Counted from the stretch's first letter, positions 9,930-26,053 are shown. The stretch: DNA of 64,000 nucleotides from an uncultured delta proteobacterium (GCA_963796055.1 CAWCKH010000005.1:128001-192000), one strand, 5' to 3'. Translations and numbers: made by a program. The notes: generated by a model not told the origin, from the letters alone.

Positions 9930-11441
9930 ATGGCCCACCCCCCGACCACCCCCGCAGACGCCGCGCGCACTCGTGCCGCGGAGCCGGTGACCTCCGAGCC
10001 TCCGGCGAAGCCGGCCACCCACGACACCGCGCCTCCACCGGCGCTGCTCGACTTCATGGTGCAGCAGTGGAAGCCGGCCAGCACCCGGATGCCGCCGAAG
10101 CTGCGGAACGCCGCCGCCTTCGCCGCGCGCCGTCGCGCGCTGTCAAAGCTGTTCCCCGGCGAGACCCTGGTCGTCCCCACCGGGCACGAGAAGGTGCGGG
10201 CCAACGACACCTACTACCGCTTCCGCCCCGGCACCGACTTCTACTACCTGACCGGCAACCTCGAGCCGGACTGCGTGCTGATGATGGTCCCCGAGTCGGG
10301 CGGCGGGCACCGGGACGTGCTCTTCGTCGAGCCGAACCCGGGCAAGAGCGACTCGACCTTCTTCACCGACCGCAACAAGGGCGAGCTGTGGGTGGGCCCG
10401 CGGCTCGGCGTGCCGCAGAGTCAGGCCCGCTTCGACGTCCACGAGGCCCGGGCACTGTCCGAGCTCCCCGGGGCGCTGGGCGCGCTGCGCGGGCCGGCCA
10501 CCCGCCCGGTCCGGGCGCTCCGGGGGATGAGCCCCGCGGTGGACGCCACGCTCGAGGAGACAGCCCGCGACAAGGAGCTGGCCACCGCGCTGTCCGAGAT
10601 GCGGCTGCTCAAGGACGCCCAGGAGGTCCGCGAGCTGTCGGCGGCGATCGCCTCGACCAGGCGCGGCTTCGAGGACGTCATCGCCGCGCTGCGGACCGCA
10701 CGGCACGAACGCGAGGTGGAGGGCATCTTCAACCTCCGCGCCCGGGTGGAGGGCAACGACATCGGGTACAACACCATCGCTGCCGCCGGCGAGCACGCCT
10801 GCATCCTCCACTGGGTGAAGAACGGGGGCGCGCTGCGGCCCGGAACGCTGCTGCTGCTCGACGCCGGGGTGGAGGCACACACCCTCTACACCGCGGACAT
10901 CACCCGCACCCTGCCCATCTCCGGCCGCTTCAGCCTCGAGCAGCGGGAGATCTACGAGCTGGTCCACGCAGCGCAGGCCGCGGCCTTCGCCCAGGTGAAG
11001 CCGGGGAAGGACTTCCTCGACCCCAACCGGGCGGCGATGAAGGTGCTCGCCGAGGGACTGGAGCGGCTGGGCATCCTCGACGACGCGGCCGTTGCGCTCG
11101 CCGACCAGAACCAGTTCTACAAGCGCTATTCGCTCCACAACGTGAGCCACATGCTGGGCCTGGACGTGCACGACTGTGCCCAGGCCCGCGCCGAGACCTA
11201 CAAGTTCGGCCAGCTCAAGCCGGGGATGGTGCTCACCGTGGAACCCGGCCTCTACTTCCAGACCGACGACCTCACCGTTCCCGCGCGCTACCGCGGTATC
11301 GGCGTGCGCATCGAGGACGACGTCCTGGTCACCACCCGCGGCATGCGGAACCTCTCCGCCGACTTCCCCAGTGAGGCCTCCGAGGTCGAGGCCTGGATGG
11401 CGAAGGTGTGGAAATCGCAGGGCAAGCGCACCCGCGCTTGA
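9930..11441 (+). CDS. pepP: Xaa-Pro aminopeptidase
   Basis: AMP_N domain; LLDAG, YTADITRT, HMLGLDVHD, TVEPG, RIEDD. Confidence 0.92.
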   Translation: MAHPPTTPADAARTRAAEPVTSEPPAKPATHDTAPPPALLDFMVQQWKPASTRMPPKLRNAAAFAARRRALSKLFPGETLVVPTGHEKVRANDTYYRFRPGTDFYYLTGNLEPDCVLMMVPESGGGHRDVLFVEPNPGKSDSTFFTDRNKGELWVGPRLGVPQSQARFDVHEARALSELPGALGALRGPATRPVRALRGMSPAVDATLEETARDKELATALSEMRLLKDAQEVRELSAAIASTRRGFEDVIAALRTARHEREVEGIFNLRARVEGNDIGYNTIAAAGEHACILHWVKNGGALRPGTLLLLDAGVEAHTLYTADITRTLPISGRFSLEQREIYELVHAAQAAAFAQVKPGKDFLDPNRAAMKVLAEGLERLGILDDAAVALADQNQFYKRYSLHNVSHMLGLDVHDCAQARAETYKFGQLKPGMVLTVEPGLYFQTDDLTVPARYRGIGVRIEDDVLVTTRGMRNLSADFPSEASEVEAWMAKVWKSQGKRTRA

Positions 11442-11467
11442 CACTCGACGCGGACGGTCATTACCGT
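11438..11467 (+). promoter_or_regulatory. Putative sigma70 promoter for the met operon leader
   Basis: TTGACA (11438-11443), 18 bp, TACCGT (11462-11467); GTG of the leader ORF follows 8 nt later. Confidence 0.6.
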
Positions 11468-11475
11468 CCGCCCCC

Positions 11476-11557
11476 GTGAGGAAGTTCGCTCCCCAGATGC
11501 GTCGAATTACCGCGCGGCCCATGCACATGCGTGGCCCGGGCGGGCGTTCCGTCGCCG

Positions 11558-11580
<23 letters not shown>
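11476..11580 (+). CDS. Putative Cys/Met-rich leader (attenuator) peptide, 34 aa
   Basis: MRKFAPQMRRITARPMHMRGPGGRSVAGECCRCC*; four TGT codons just before the stop; directly upstream of metY. Confidence 0.65.
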
Positions 11581-14239
<2,659 letters not shown>

Positions 14240-14243
<4 letters not shown>

Positions 14244-16714
14244 GTCCCTGGCAGGTCTTCAAGTTCGGAGGTTCCTCGCTGGGCGCAGCGGGGCGACTGC
14301 CGGTCGTGCTCCGGCGGGTGGCGGAGGCCGAGCGCCCCCTGGCGCTGGTGGTGAGCGCGCTCGGGGACACCACCGAGTGGCTGCTCGATGCCGCCCGCGC
14401 CGCCGCCTCCGGGGACGAGACCCGGGCGCGCGCCCATCTGGAGCGGGCGCTCACCCTGGCCCGGACCCGTGCCGCGGAGGTGGTCCGGGCCGACGCGCTG
14501 GGCGAGCTGGAGGAGAACTGGGCGCTGATCTTCGAGGACGCGGGCCGGAGCATCTCCGCCCTGGTCGCCGCCCGGACGCTCCTCCCCGGCCCGCTGGACG
14601 AGCTGCTCTCGGCCGGCGAGCGGCTGTCGTCCCCGCTGGTGGCGGCCGCGCTCCGGGCTCGGGAGCTGCCCGGGCTCGCGGTGGACGCGCGGGAGATCTT
14701 CCGGACGGACGACCGGCACGGCGATGCCACGGTGGACCTGGGCGCGAGCCTGCAGCCGGTGCTGGAACGACGGGTGGACTGGGAGCGGCACATCCCGGTG
14801 GTGACCGGCTTCATCGGCCGGGCACCGGATGGCTCCACCACCACCCTGGGCCGGAACGGCTCGGACTACGCCGCCACCACGCTCGCCGCGCTGCTGGGCG
14901 CGACCGAGGTGACCATCTGGACCGACGTGGGGGGGGTGATGACCGCCGACCCGGACCTGGTCGAGGAGGCCTACCCGGTTCCGCGCCTCACCTGGCACGA
15001 GGCGCAGGAGCTGGCCCACTTCGGGCTGCGGATGTTCCACCGGCGCACGGTCCTGCCGCTGGAGCAGACCGGCGGCCGGCTGCGGATCCGCAGCACGGTG
15101 GACGCCGGCGAGGGCACGGTCATCGACGCGCACGGGAATCCCGACCCGCACCGGCCCACCTGCGTCACCAGCCTCGAGAACCTGGCGCTCCTGGCGGTCG
15201 AGTCGCGCCGCCCGGCGCCGGAGACATCGCTCGCGGTGCGGGTGCTCTCGGCGCTGGAGGAGGCGCAGATCCGGGTGTGGATGGTGACCCAGTCGGGCCA
15301 CGGCCAGAGCCTCGCGGCGGTGGTGGACGCCGCGGCGGCAGCGCGGGCGCGCGCGGTGCTCGAGGCGGCGCTGGCGGAGCTGCTCGTCCCGGGCGAGGTG
15401 GAGCTCCCCCCGGCGCTGGGCCCGGTGTCGCTGGTGAGCCTGGTGGCCGAGGCGATGGGCCAGTGGCCAAACGTCGCCGGCCGCTTCTTCGGCGCGCTGG
15501 GAAACGTGGGCATCAACGTCCGCGCCATCGCCCAGGGAGCGAGCTCGCGGAGCATCGGGTGCGTGGTGGACGCCGCCGACACCGCGGAGGCGGTGCGGAC
15601 GGTGCATGCGGCCTTCAACCTCGCCGAGACCGAGGTGAACGTGCTGCTCCTGGGGCGAGGCACGGTGGGGGGAAGGCTGCTCGCCCAGCTCGAGGCCACC
15701 CGGGACGCGCTGCGGACGCGCCAGGGGGTGGATGCGCGTCTCTTCGGCGTGGTGGACCGGCACGGGGCGCACGTGAACCCGCGAGGGCTGTTGCCCTCGG
15801 AGCTCCCGCCCCGCGGCAGCAGCGCGGCCGGGGCGCCGCCGGAGGTGACCGGGCTGCTGGACCGCCTCTCGCGCCTGCCCGTTCCGGTGCTGGTGGACTG
15901 CACTGCCGAGGACGGGATGGAGGCGCTGTACGTCGAGGCGTTCCGGCGCGGCATCCACGTCGTGGCAGCGAACAAGAAGCCCCTGGCGTTGCCGTTCGAG
16001 CGCCGCGCGCAGGTGGCCGAGATGGCGCGCCGGCACTTCCGGGCCTGGCACTACGAGACCACCGTCGGCGCCGGCCTGCCGGTCATCGAGACCCTGAAGA
16101 ATCTGGTGGCCACCGGTGACGTGGTCGAGCGCATCGACGGGAGCCTCTCGGGCACCCTGGGCTTCCTCTGCCAGGAGGTGATGGCCGGAGCGGCGCTCTC
16201 GGTGGCGGTGCGCGCCGCGCGCGACCGCGGGTACACCGAGCCGCACCCCCGCGACGACCTGTCGGGTCTCGACGTGGCCAGAAAGGCGCTGATCCTCGCC
16301 CGTGAGCTGGGGCTGCAGCTGGAGATCGAGGACGTGGCGGTGGAGCCGTTCGTCGACGGCGCGCTCCTGGCCGAGGACGACCCGGAGCGCTTCCTCCAGC
16401 AGCTGGTGCCACACGACGAGGCCTTCGCGGCGAGGGTGGCCCGGTACGTGGCCGCTGGCCGCACGCTCCGCTACCTGGTGCAGATCGTCCCCGGGGCCGA
16501 GGGCCGCAAGGTGCGCGTCGGTCCGGTGGCAGTCGAGGCCGGGCACCCCGCCGTCCCGCTGCGCGGCGCCGAGGCGCTGGTGGCCTTCACCACCGCCCGC
16601 TACCAGGACTACCCGCTCATCGTCCGGGGCGCGGGCGCCGGTGGCGACGTCACCGCCGCCGGCGTGCTCGCCGACGTGCTCCGCCTCACCCAGAACGTCC
16701 GGGGGCGCCGGTGA
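14240..16714 (+). CDS. thrA: Bifunctional aspartate kinase / homoserine dehydrogenase
   Basis: KFGGSS, TTLGRNGSDY, ACT domains, GRGTVGG, ANKK, YETTVGAGLP, GYTEPHPRDDLSG; could equally be named metL given context. Confidence 0.92.
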
Positions 16715-16801
16715 GCCTCCACCCGTGGGGTTTGGCGTGTAGGCGGGGGTGGGTTTCGTGCGCGGCGGCGGTTGTTGGGGGAAACTCCACGGCCGGCGTT
16801 C

Positions 16802-17548
16802 ATGTCCAGCTCCGACGAGCCGACCGCACCCGAGCCTGAAACGCAGCGCCTGGCGCTCCGGCGGCTGTTCGAGGAGCGTCTCTCCCAGTTCCCGGCCGAC
16901 TCGCGGACCCGGCTGGCCGGCCAGCTGGGAGATCCGGAGCTGCAGGCGCTGTGCTTCGACCCGCTTCCCAACGTCGCCCGGGCGCTGGTGGAGAACCCGA
17001 AGTTCGGCCTGGTCCACGCCCGGTTGCTCGCGGCGCACCATCCTCACCCCACGGGTCTGGGGGCGCTGACCAAGAAGGACGCCTTCCTCCGCGACGCCGA
17101 GGTACAGCGGATGTTGCTCCGGAACGTCCAGACCCCGCCGGCGCTGCTGCAGCGCATCTTCCATCAGCGCCGGCTCATGGACCTCTTCCAGCTGAGCGTG
17201 GGCCGGGAGATGCCGGAGAAGAACAAGATCGCCAGCCGGGAGGCGTTCCGGGCCCGCTGGAGCTCGGGAATGGCCGAGGAGAAGGTGGACACGCTCTTTC
17301 GCACCGAGGGGCGGATCCTCGCCCAGCTGGTGGGGCTGGCGATGGACCAGAAGAGCGCGGCCCTCTTCTGTCACCGGACAGTGACCTCGTTGCTGCTGGT
17401 GCAGAACCTGGCGCGCTGGGCGGGCACGCCGCCCTCGGTGCTGGCCCACCTCCTGAAGCAGGCAGTTGTGCGCAACCAGCCCCAGGTGCGGATGCTCATC
17501 TTCAAGCACCCCAACCTGCCGTCCCACGCCCGGGCCGGGAACGACTGA
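16802..17548 (+). CDS. Hypothetical alpha-helical repeat protein
   Basis: Repeated V..AL.ENP / V...LL.N..TP motifs; coding-like codon bias. Confidence 0.65.
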   Translation: MSSSDEPTAPEPETQRLALRRLFEERLSQFPADSRTRLAGQLGDPELQALCFDPLPNVARALVENPKFGLVHARLLAAHHPHPTGLGALTKKDAFLRDAEVQRMLLRNVQTPPALLQRIFHQRRLMDLFQLSVGREMPEKNKIASREAFRARWSSGMAEEKVDTLFRTEGRILAQLVGLAMDQKSAALFCHRTVTSLLLVQNLARWAGTPPSVLAHLLKQAVVRNQPQVRMLIFKHPNLPSHARAGND

Positions 17549-17549
17549 C

Positions 17550-18749
17550 TCAGTTCCGGAGGATGTCGAAGACCCGCTCCGTGGTCTCGGCGTCCGGACG
17601 GATCTCGAAGCGGGTGCGGCCGATCTCCCGTCCGTCCTCGGTTTCGATGGCCACCCGCCAGTCTCCGGGCGACCAGTTCTGCTTGTAGGCATAGCCGCCG
17701 AAGCCCTCCTCGCGCCCCCCGACGATGCGGACCGGGATGGCGTCGCTCTCGGTCCAGGCTCCGCGCTCCCACTTCGCCCAGCGGACCCGCACCTGGTCGC
17801 GGAAGTTGTGCGGGGCGAAGATGCGGGTGAAGACGAACACCCGGTCTCCAGGCCGGGCGAGGAACACCCGCTCGTCCTTGCGGAACAGGTCGGCCCAGCG
17901 GGAGCGGGGAAGCCGGCTCAGGCTGAACTCGGCGCCCTCGCGCTCCACCCGGTGCCAGACCCCCAGCGCACGGACCGAGAGGGGAACGGGCGGCACCAGG
18001 TGCAGCACGAAGAGGACCAGCAGGAGCGCCTGGACGCCGATCGCCGGCCCCACCGCCCTGCGGAACGCGCGCCGGCGGTCCTCGCCCCAGCGGGCCATGA
18101 GCCGGGCGAGCAGGAAGATGGGAAGGATCGACAGCCCCGACGCGGCGAAGAACATCCATCCCCGGAGGTGCCCGAGGAGCACGGGGAGCAGGTAGGCGAG
18201 ATAGCTGGTGAGCGAAAACGAATAGAGGCCGAACAGCACCACCGGCCCCAGGCGGTGGAAGCGGGGATGCTCGTTCACCAGCAGCAGCGCCGAGATGAGC
18301 ACCAGGAACAGCACCGCGGTCACGCCCGAGCCGCTCTTCACGTAGAAGAGGCTGAAGGCGTTGAGCAGCGTGCCGAGCATGAAGTGCACCGCGTGCTCGA
18401 CGTAGCGCCAGGGCCGCCGCAGCCAGCCCGGCGGTTCGCGGTGCAGCAGCTCGAAGCGCAGCATCGCCCCGAGGAGCAGCCCGGTGACCACCAGATAGGC
18501 CGCCTGCTGCACCAGCAGCGGGGTCTCGTCGATGCGGCCCACCATGACCGCGTCGAAGAGGAACCCGCCGGCGAAGAAGACGATGGACTCCTCGCGGGCG
18601 TGCCGTGCGCGGAAGGCGCGGAACCGCTCGCGCAGCCCGCTCGGGGCCGGCTCTGCAGAGACGACCGTCAGCTCAGGAGTAGCGGTCGTCGCGCCAGGGG
18701 TGGGCGGTGTTGCTGTAGCCGCGGGTCTCCCAGAAGCCGGGTCGGTCAT
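17550..18749 (-). CDS. DUF2914 domain membrane protein
   Basis: FFAGGFLFD N-terminal TM region; C-terminal FTRIFAP...GGREEGF...PGDWRVAIETEDGREIGR. Confidence 0.8.
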   Translation of the reverse strand: MTDPASGRPAATATPPTPGATTATPELTVVSAEPAPSGLRERFRAFRARHAREESIVFFAGGFLFDAVMVGRIDETPLLVQQAAYLVVTGLLLGAMLRFELLHREPPGWLRRPWRYVEHAVHFMLGTLLNAFSLFYVKSGSGVTAVLFLVLISALLLVNEHPRFHRLGPVVLFGLYSFSLTSYLAYLLPVLLGHLRGWMFFAASGLSILPIFLLARLMARWGEDRRRAFRRAVGPAIGVQALLLVLFVLHLVPPVPLSVRALGVWHRVEREGAEFSLSRLPRSRWADLFRKDERVFLARPGDRVFVFTRIFAPHNFRDQVRVRWAKWERGAWTESDAIPVRIVGGREEGFGGYAYKQNWSPGDWRVAIETEDGREIGRTRFEIRPDAETTERVFDILRN

Positions 18750-19368
18750 GGGTGAGGAACTCGATGCGCTGGATCCACTTGGAGCCCTTCCAAGCGTACA
18801 GCTGCGGCGTGATCATCCGCACCGGTCCCCCGTGCTCGCGGGGGAGTGGCTTGTCCTCGGCGGTGTGCACCAGGAGCACGTCGTCCTTCAGCGCCTCCTC
18901 CAGCGGGAGGTTGGTGGTGTAGCCGTCGTATCCGTGGATCAGGACGTGGGTTGCGGTGGGGAGCAGGCGGGCGAGCGCGGCGATGGTGGAGAAGGCCACG
19001 CCCTTCCACGCGACATCCAGCTTCGACCAGGTGGTGACGCAGTGGAAGTCGCTCACGTCGGTCACTTGAGGCAAGGCGAGGAAGTCCTGCCAGCGGAGAG
19101 TGAGTGGCTCCTCGACCGCGCCGTCGACCCGGAGGCTCCAGCGCTCGAGTGGGATGTCGGGCTTGGTGCCGAGATCGAGCACCGGCCATCCATCGGTCAC
19201 GTGCTGCCCGATGGGCACCTGGGGCATCCCGTGGCGGTTGGGCGGGCCGTTTCCCAGCGGCTTGCCGTCGGCGGCCCCGGGGGTGGACTGCATCTTCTTC
19301 TGGAACCGGGCGCGGAGCTTCATCCGCGCCTCGACGATGCGCTGCAGCCTATCGTCCTGGTCGCTCAC
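18673..19368 (-). CDS. Sulfite-oxidase-like molybdopterin oxidoreductase (YuiH-like)
   Basis: DFHCVTTWS, YTTNLPL, EHGGPVR, YAWKGSKW, GFWETRGY. Confidence 0.9.
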   Translation of the reverse strand: MSDQDDRLQRIVEARMKLRARFQKKMQSTPGAADGKPLGNGPPNRHGMPQVPIGQHVTDGWPVLDLGTKPDIPLERWSLRVDGAVEEPLTLRWQDFLALPQVTDVSDFHCVTTWSKLDVAWKGVAFSTIAALARLLPTATHVLIHGYDGYTTNLPLEEALKDDVLLVHTAEDKPLPREHGGPVRMITPQLYAWKGSKWIQRIEFLTHDRPGFWETRGYSNTAHPWRDDRYS

Positions 19369-19374
19369 AGCCGG

Positions 19375-19698
19375 TCAGTCGCCGGAGGCCTGGCGGTCGA
19401 TGAGCGCCTTCAGCTCGCCCCGCTCCTCCAGCTCGCGGACGATGTCCGAGCCGCCCACGAACTTCCCGTGGATGAACACCTGGGGAATGGTGGGCCAGCG
19501 GGTGTACTCCTTGATCCCGTCACGCACCTCGGGTTCGGCGAGCACGTCGACGCCGTGTACCGGCCCGTACGCCTGGAGGATCTGCACCGCGGCGGCGCTG
19601 AAGCCGCAGCGCGGGAAGAGCGGGTTGCCCTTCATGTAGATGACGACGGGGTGCGACTGGGTTTCCCGGTCGAACCGCGCCTTGAGATCGGGGGTCAT
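19375..19698 (-). CDS. grxD: Monothiol glutaredoxin (Grx4)
   Basis: MKG.P.FPRCGFS, WPTIPQ, GGSDI. Confidence 0.95.
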   Translation of the reverse strand: MTPDLKARFDRETQSHPVVIYMKGNPLFPRCGFSAAAVQILQAYGPVHGVDVLAEPEVRDGIKEYTRWPTIPQVFIHGKFVGGSDIVRELEERGELKALIDRQASGD

Positions 19699-19967
19699 GG
19701 GCTGGAGGTCCTCGTGGCCCCGAACTTCTTCCACTGCTCGGGGGAGTAGGTCCTTAACGCAAGGGCGTGCAGCTCGCCCGAGTCCAGGAGGTCCTGGAGG
19801 GGGGCATAGACGGCAGCATGCTGGTCCACCATGGACTTGCCCTCGAAGGCGGAGGAGACCACCCGGGCCTCGAAGTGGTCGCCGGTCCCGGTGAGGTCGC
19901 GGATGGTGACCTGGGCATCGGGCAGCGCGGACTTGATGCGCGACTCGAGGAGCGAAGGGTCCAGCAT
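19695..19967 (-). CDS. bolA: BolA/IbaG family protein
   Basis: GDHFEARVVSSAFEGKSMVDQH...LHALAL. Confidence 0.92.
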   Translation of the reverse strand: MLDPSLLESRIKSALPDAQVTIRDLTGTGDHFEARVVSSAFEGKSMVDQHAAVYAPLQDLLDSGELHALALRTYSPEQWKKFGATRTSSP

Positions 19968-20512
19968 CAGTTCATCCCCCCTCCGGACTGGAGCATGGCC
20001 GGGTCCACGCCGAGCGAGCGCAGGGTGTCGTCCCAGAGGGTCTGGGGCGAGCCGCTGAGCACCGCGGCGGGAGCGGCCTCGGTGAACAGCCAGGCGCCGG
20101 CGGCGAGCTCGCGCTCGAGCTGCCCGGGCCCCCAGCCGCTGTAGCCGAGGTAAAAGCGGAGATTGCCCTCGGAGTCGGTGAGAAGGCTCTCCAGCGCGTC
20201 CACCGTCTCGGAGAGGAACAGGCCGTCGGAGAGGGGCTGCTTCTCGTCCACGCCGGTGCGGTCGTGGAGGACGAAGCCCCGCTGGGGTTCCACCGGGCCA
20301 CCGACGAAGATCTTCTGCGCGGCGAGCCGGGGCACCACCGGCAGCGACTGTCCGTCGGCGACCTCGCGCAGGGTGAAGGGGCCCGGACGGTTCAGGACCA
20401 GCCCCCGGGCGCCCTCGGGGCCGTGCTGGAAAACGAAGACCACGGTCCGGTGGAAGTTCGGGTCTCCCAGCTGGGGCATGGCGATGAGGAATCCCGGAGC
20501 GAGCGTCTCCAC
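19967..20512 (-). CDS. yqgE: YqgE/AlgH (UPF0301) family protein
   Basis: LIAMPQLGDPNF, GGPVE, GYSGWGPGQLERE. Confidence 0.92.
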   Translation of the reverse strand: METLAPGFLIAMPQLGDPNFHRTVVFVFQHGPEGARGLVLNRPGPFTLREVADGQSLPVVPRLAAQKIFVGGPVEPQRGFVLHDRTGVDEKQPLSDGLFLSETVDALESLLTDSEGNLRFYLGYSGWGPGQLERELAAGAWLFTEAAPAAVLSGSPQTLWDDTLRSLGVDPAMLQSGGGMN

Positions 20513-20569
20513 GGCGCCGACCTTACCAACTCGGGCACGCCCCTGGCGTGTGGTAGGAGCGCCCTTCAC

Positions 20570-21592
20570 ATGCGTGCGCTGACCATCACCCGCTACGGCC
20601 CCCCGGAGGTCCTCGCCCTCCGGGAAGCGGCGGATCCGGTTCCCGGTCCTGGACAGGCGTGCATCCGCGTTGCCCGCGCGGGGCTGAACTTCGCGGACCT
20701 GAGCGCTCGGGTCGGGCTCTACCCGGACGCGCCGAAGCCACCGATGGTCATGGGTTACGAGGTGAGCGGGACGGTGGCGGCGCTGGGTGAGGGAGTGAGC
20801 GGGCCGGCGGTCGGCACCCGGGTCGTGGCGATGACCCGGTTCGGCGGACAGGCCACCCACGCCCTGGCGGACGCGCCATACGTGGTGCCACTTCCCGAGG
20901 GCATGGACCTCGACCAGGCGGCGGCGCTGCCAGTCAACTGGCTCACCGCGCACCACATGCTGCACCGGGTGGCCAACCTCAGACCCGGGATGACCTTGCT
21001 GGTGCACATGGCCGCCGGCGGGGTGGGTCTCGCCGCGATCGCGCTCGCCCGGATCGTCGGTGGGGTGACCATCTTCGGGAGCGCCTCGGCCTCCAAGCAC
21101 GGAGTGCTCCGCGAGGCGGGGGTGGACCACCCCATCGACTACCGGACGCAGGACGTGGTCGAGGAGGTGAAGCGTCTGACCGGCGGACGCGGGGTGGACG
21201 TCGTCCTCGACGCCCTGGGTGGACCCGAGTGGGCGCGGAACACCTCGGTGCTCGCGCCGGTGGGCCACCTCATCTGCTTCGGCTGGGCGAACGCCGCGCC
21301 GGGCGAGTCCCGGAATCTGCTCAAGGTCGTCGGCGGCCTGGCGACGATGAAGCGCTGGAATGCGCTGGAGCTGATGGGGAAGAACATCAGCGTCTCCGGG
21401 GTGAACGTCGGTCACCTCTGGGGCGAGAGGGCGATGCTGCGGCCCACCCTGGATGCGCTGATGGCGCTGTGGCGGGAGGGGAAGGTCCACTCGCGCATCG
21501 ACCGGGTGTTCCCGCTCGCCGAGGGCGTGGCGGCGCACCGGCGGATGCACGAGCGGAAGAACGTGGGGAAGATCCTCTTCGACTGTGCGTGA
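20570..21592 (+). CDS. MDR family NADPH:quinone oxidoreductase (VAT-1-like)
   Basis: GLNFADL..R.GLYP, GYEVSG, HMAAGGVG, RKNVGKI. Confidence 0.9.
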   Translation: MRALTITRYGPPEVLALREAADPVPGPGQACIRVARAGLNFADLSARVGLYPDAPKPPMVMGYEVSGTVAALGEGVSGPAVGTRVVAMTRFGGQATHALADAPYVVPLPEGMDLDQAAALPVNWLTAHHMLHRVANLRPGMTLLVHMAAGGVGLAAIALARIVGGVTIFGSASASKHGVLREAGVDHPIDYRTQDVVEEVKRLTGGRGVDVVLDALGGPEWARNTSVLAPVGHLICFGWANAAPGESRNLLKVVGGLATMKRWNALELMGKNISVSGVNVGHLWGERAMLRPTLDALMALWREGKVHSRIDRVFPLAEGVAAHRRMHERKNVGKILFDCA

Positions 21593-21604
21593 GCCGGCGG
21601 GGCT

Positions 21605-22060
21605 TCAGTGCCAGGACTGGTGCGGACTCTGGAGCGCCTCGGCGAGGCGCGCCGGCTCGAGCGGCTTGCCGATGAAGAGGTCGGCCCCGATGCCCTTGCA
21701 CCGCCGGGCGGTGGCGGCGGTGGAGAGCGCCGAGATGCCGATCAGCACCGACTCGGGGAATCGCTCGCGCAGCCGGGTGATGAGCTGCACCCCGCTCTCG
21801 CCGGGGAGGAACACGTCCACCACCGCGATGTCGAGGGCGCCCGCCTGCTCGAGCAGGGCCTCGGCTTCCTCGGCGCTGCCCACCGCGACGGTGCGGTAGC
21901 CCCAGAGCGAGATCAGCTCCACCAGCATGGCGCGCTGCGCCGGATCGTCCTCGACCACCAGGACCGAGCGCCGCGTGGGCTCGACCCGACGCCTGGGGCC
22001 GACGCCCTCCTCCGCCGCAGTCTCCCCGGAAGCCACTGGGCCTTCGAGCTCGGGACTCAT
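21605..22060 (-). CDS. Single-domain response regulator
   Basis: VVEDD, DVFLP, SA, KP receiver motifs. Confidence 0.85.
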   Translation of the reverse strand: MSPELEGPVASGETAAEEGVGPRRRVEPTRRSVLVVEDDPAQRAMLVELISLWGYRTVAVGSAEEAEALLEQAGALDIAVVDVFLPGESGVQLITRLRERFPESVLIGISALSTAATARRCKGIGADLFIGKPLEPARLAEALQSPHQSWH

Positions 22061-22231
22061 GGGCGTGCCTGGAACTCCCTCCTCCGAGCTGCCGAAGGTA
22101 AGAACCCCACCCTGGCCCGGCGAGAGGCTATGGAGCGGTCCTTCCGCCAGTGAACGCGGAAAGCTTCAGCAGGTCGGCAACCCGGCCGCCCGACCGGGAG
22201 TGCAGTCACCTCGCTCGCTGGCCGACACTTT

Positions 22232-24691
<2,460 letters not shown>

Positions 24692-24966
24692 GTGTCGACG
24701 TGTCAACGGCGCGGGCGCGCGTGCGCACTCGGCCCCGGAAGACGTTCCGGAGGGCGGGCCGTCCTGTGGTGGCTCTGGAGAATACACCCTCGCAGCGCAC
24801 CCCGCTGCTTTCCAAGAGGGCCTACCTGCGAGCGTCCGGGCGAGTGCGTGTCCGTGGGCATTCCACGCCCTGGACCCGGGGGGAGGAGTCCCGGAGACCC
24901 CGTCCAGGCACCAATGTGTGCAATCGTTCAGGGCCGCGCCCGTGAGGCGGTGAAGGAGACACGCCG

Positions 24967-25257
24967 ATGTCGCTTGGAGTCGAGTTCCTGCCGGTCGACG
25001 TGACCCAGCTGGTCGCGGTGGCGCTGGGCTGCATGATCCCGCTCATCTTCGTGCTGGGCATCACCATGCGCTTTGCGGCCAAGCCGCTGGTCGAGGCGCT
25101 GGGGAAGCTGCGGGAGAACGGGGCGCCGGCCCGCGAGCTCGAGGTGCTGAGCCGGCGCGTCCTCGAGCTGGAGCAGGAGGTGCTCCGCCTCCGGGGCGGG
25201 CAGGGCTCGAGCGCTCCGGCCCTGGAGCCCGGCAGCGCGCTGCGTCTCCGGCGGTAG
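24967..25257 (+). CDS. Small membrane protein with coiled coil (paralog 1)
   Basis: [26 protein letters not shown]...RVLELEQEV. Confidence 0.7.
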   Translation: MSLGVEFLPVDVTQLVAVALGCMIPLIFVLGITMRFAAKPLVEALGKLRENGAPARELEVLSRRVLELEQEVLRLRGGQGSSAPALEPGSALRLRR

Positions 25258-25276
25258 CACGGCAGGGAAGCGGACG

Positions 25277-25540
25277 ATGGAAACGTTGCCGGTCGACCTG
25301 GTGGGCATGGTGGCGGCGATCATGGGGTCGCTGCTGGTGCTGATCCCCGTGCTCGGGCTCGCCATCCGGTTCACGGCCCGGCCGCTGGTGGACGCGCTCG
25401 TCGCCAGCAAGGGGGAGGGCGCGCGTCCGGCGGACCTCGATGCGCTGACGATGCGGATCGACGCCCTGGAGCACGAGGTGAAGGAGCTCGCTGGCCAGTC
25501 GACGCGGGCGCTTCCGCAGCGAGTTCCCCTAAGGACTTGA
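25277..25540 (+). CDS. Small membrane protein with coiled coil (paralog 2)
   Basis: [17 protein letters not shown]...RIDALEHEV. Confidence 0.7.
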   Translation: METLPVDLVGMVAAIMGSLLVLIPVLGLAIRFTARPLVDALVASKGEGARPADLDALTMRIDALEHEVKELAGQSTRALPQRVPLRT

Positions 25541-25604
25541 GGTTCCGCGTCCTCTGACGTGGCGCAGCCGGACCCTGGCGGGGCCACGCACCCGAGCGGA
25601 CGCC

Positions 25605-26051
25605 TCAGGCCTCGAGCAGGAGCCTGAGGACCTCGCCGGCCGGGAGCCCCGAGCGGACAGACGCCGCCGCCAGCCGAACCACCGCGGCGACGAGCTGCTC
25701 GGTGCCGGCGTCTTCGCCTCCGGGGCTCTCCAGCCGGAGGAGCGCTCCGGCGGCCTGCGAGGCAGGTCGGACGAGGTGGGACGGGGCGTTCGTCGCCCGC
25801 CCGATGCGTTCCAGCGCGGACATGGTGCTGCGCGCCTCCGCCGCGCCGGCGATGGCGGGAAGCGCACGGAGCCGCGAGGCTGCCTCGGTGGCGTGGCGTA
25901 CTTCGAGCGCGCGCGCGGCGAGCGAGCGGATGGCCCGGTCGCCGAGAGCGGAGGGGGTGAGCGGCTCTCCGGAGGCGAACGACCGGAGCGACTCCTCCGG
26001 GAGGTACCGCTCGAGCTCGGACAGGAGCCGGGCGCGGAGCCCGACCGCCAC
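25605..26051 (-). CDS. Hypothetical protein
   Basis: ORF starts 2 nt after the clpX stop on the same strand. Confidence 0.55.
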   Translation of the reverse strand: MAVGLRARLLSELERYLPEESLRSFASGEPLTPSALGDRAIRSLAARALEVRHATEAASRLRALPAIAGAAEARSTMSALERIGRATNAPSHLVRPASQAAGALLRLESPGGEDAGTEQLVAAVVRLAAASVRSGLPAGEVLRLLLEA

Positions 26052-26053
26052 GC

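Noticed and set aside
24905..24940. sigma54 promoter upstream of lon
   Set aside because: GG-to-GC spacing is 12 nt, not 10
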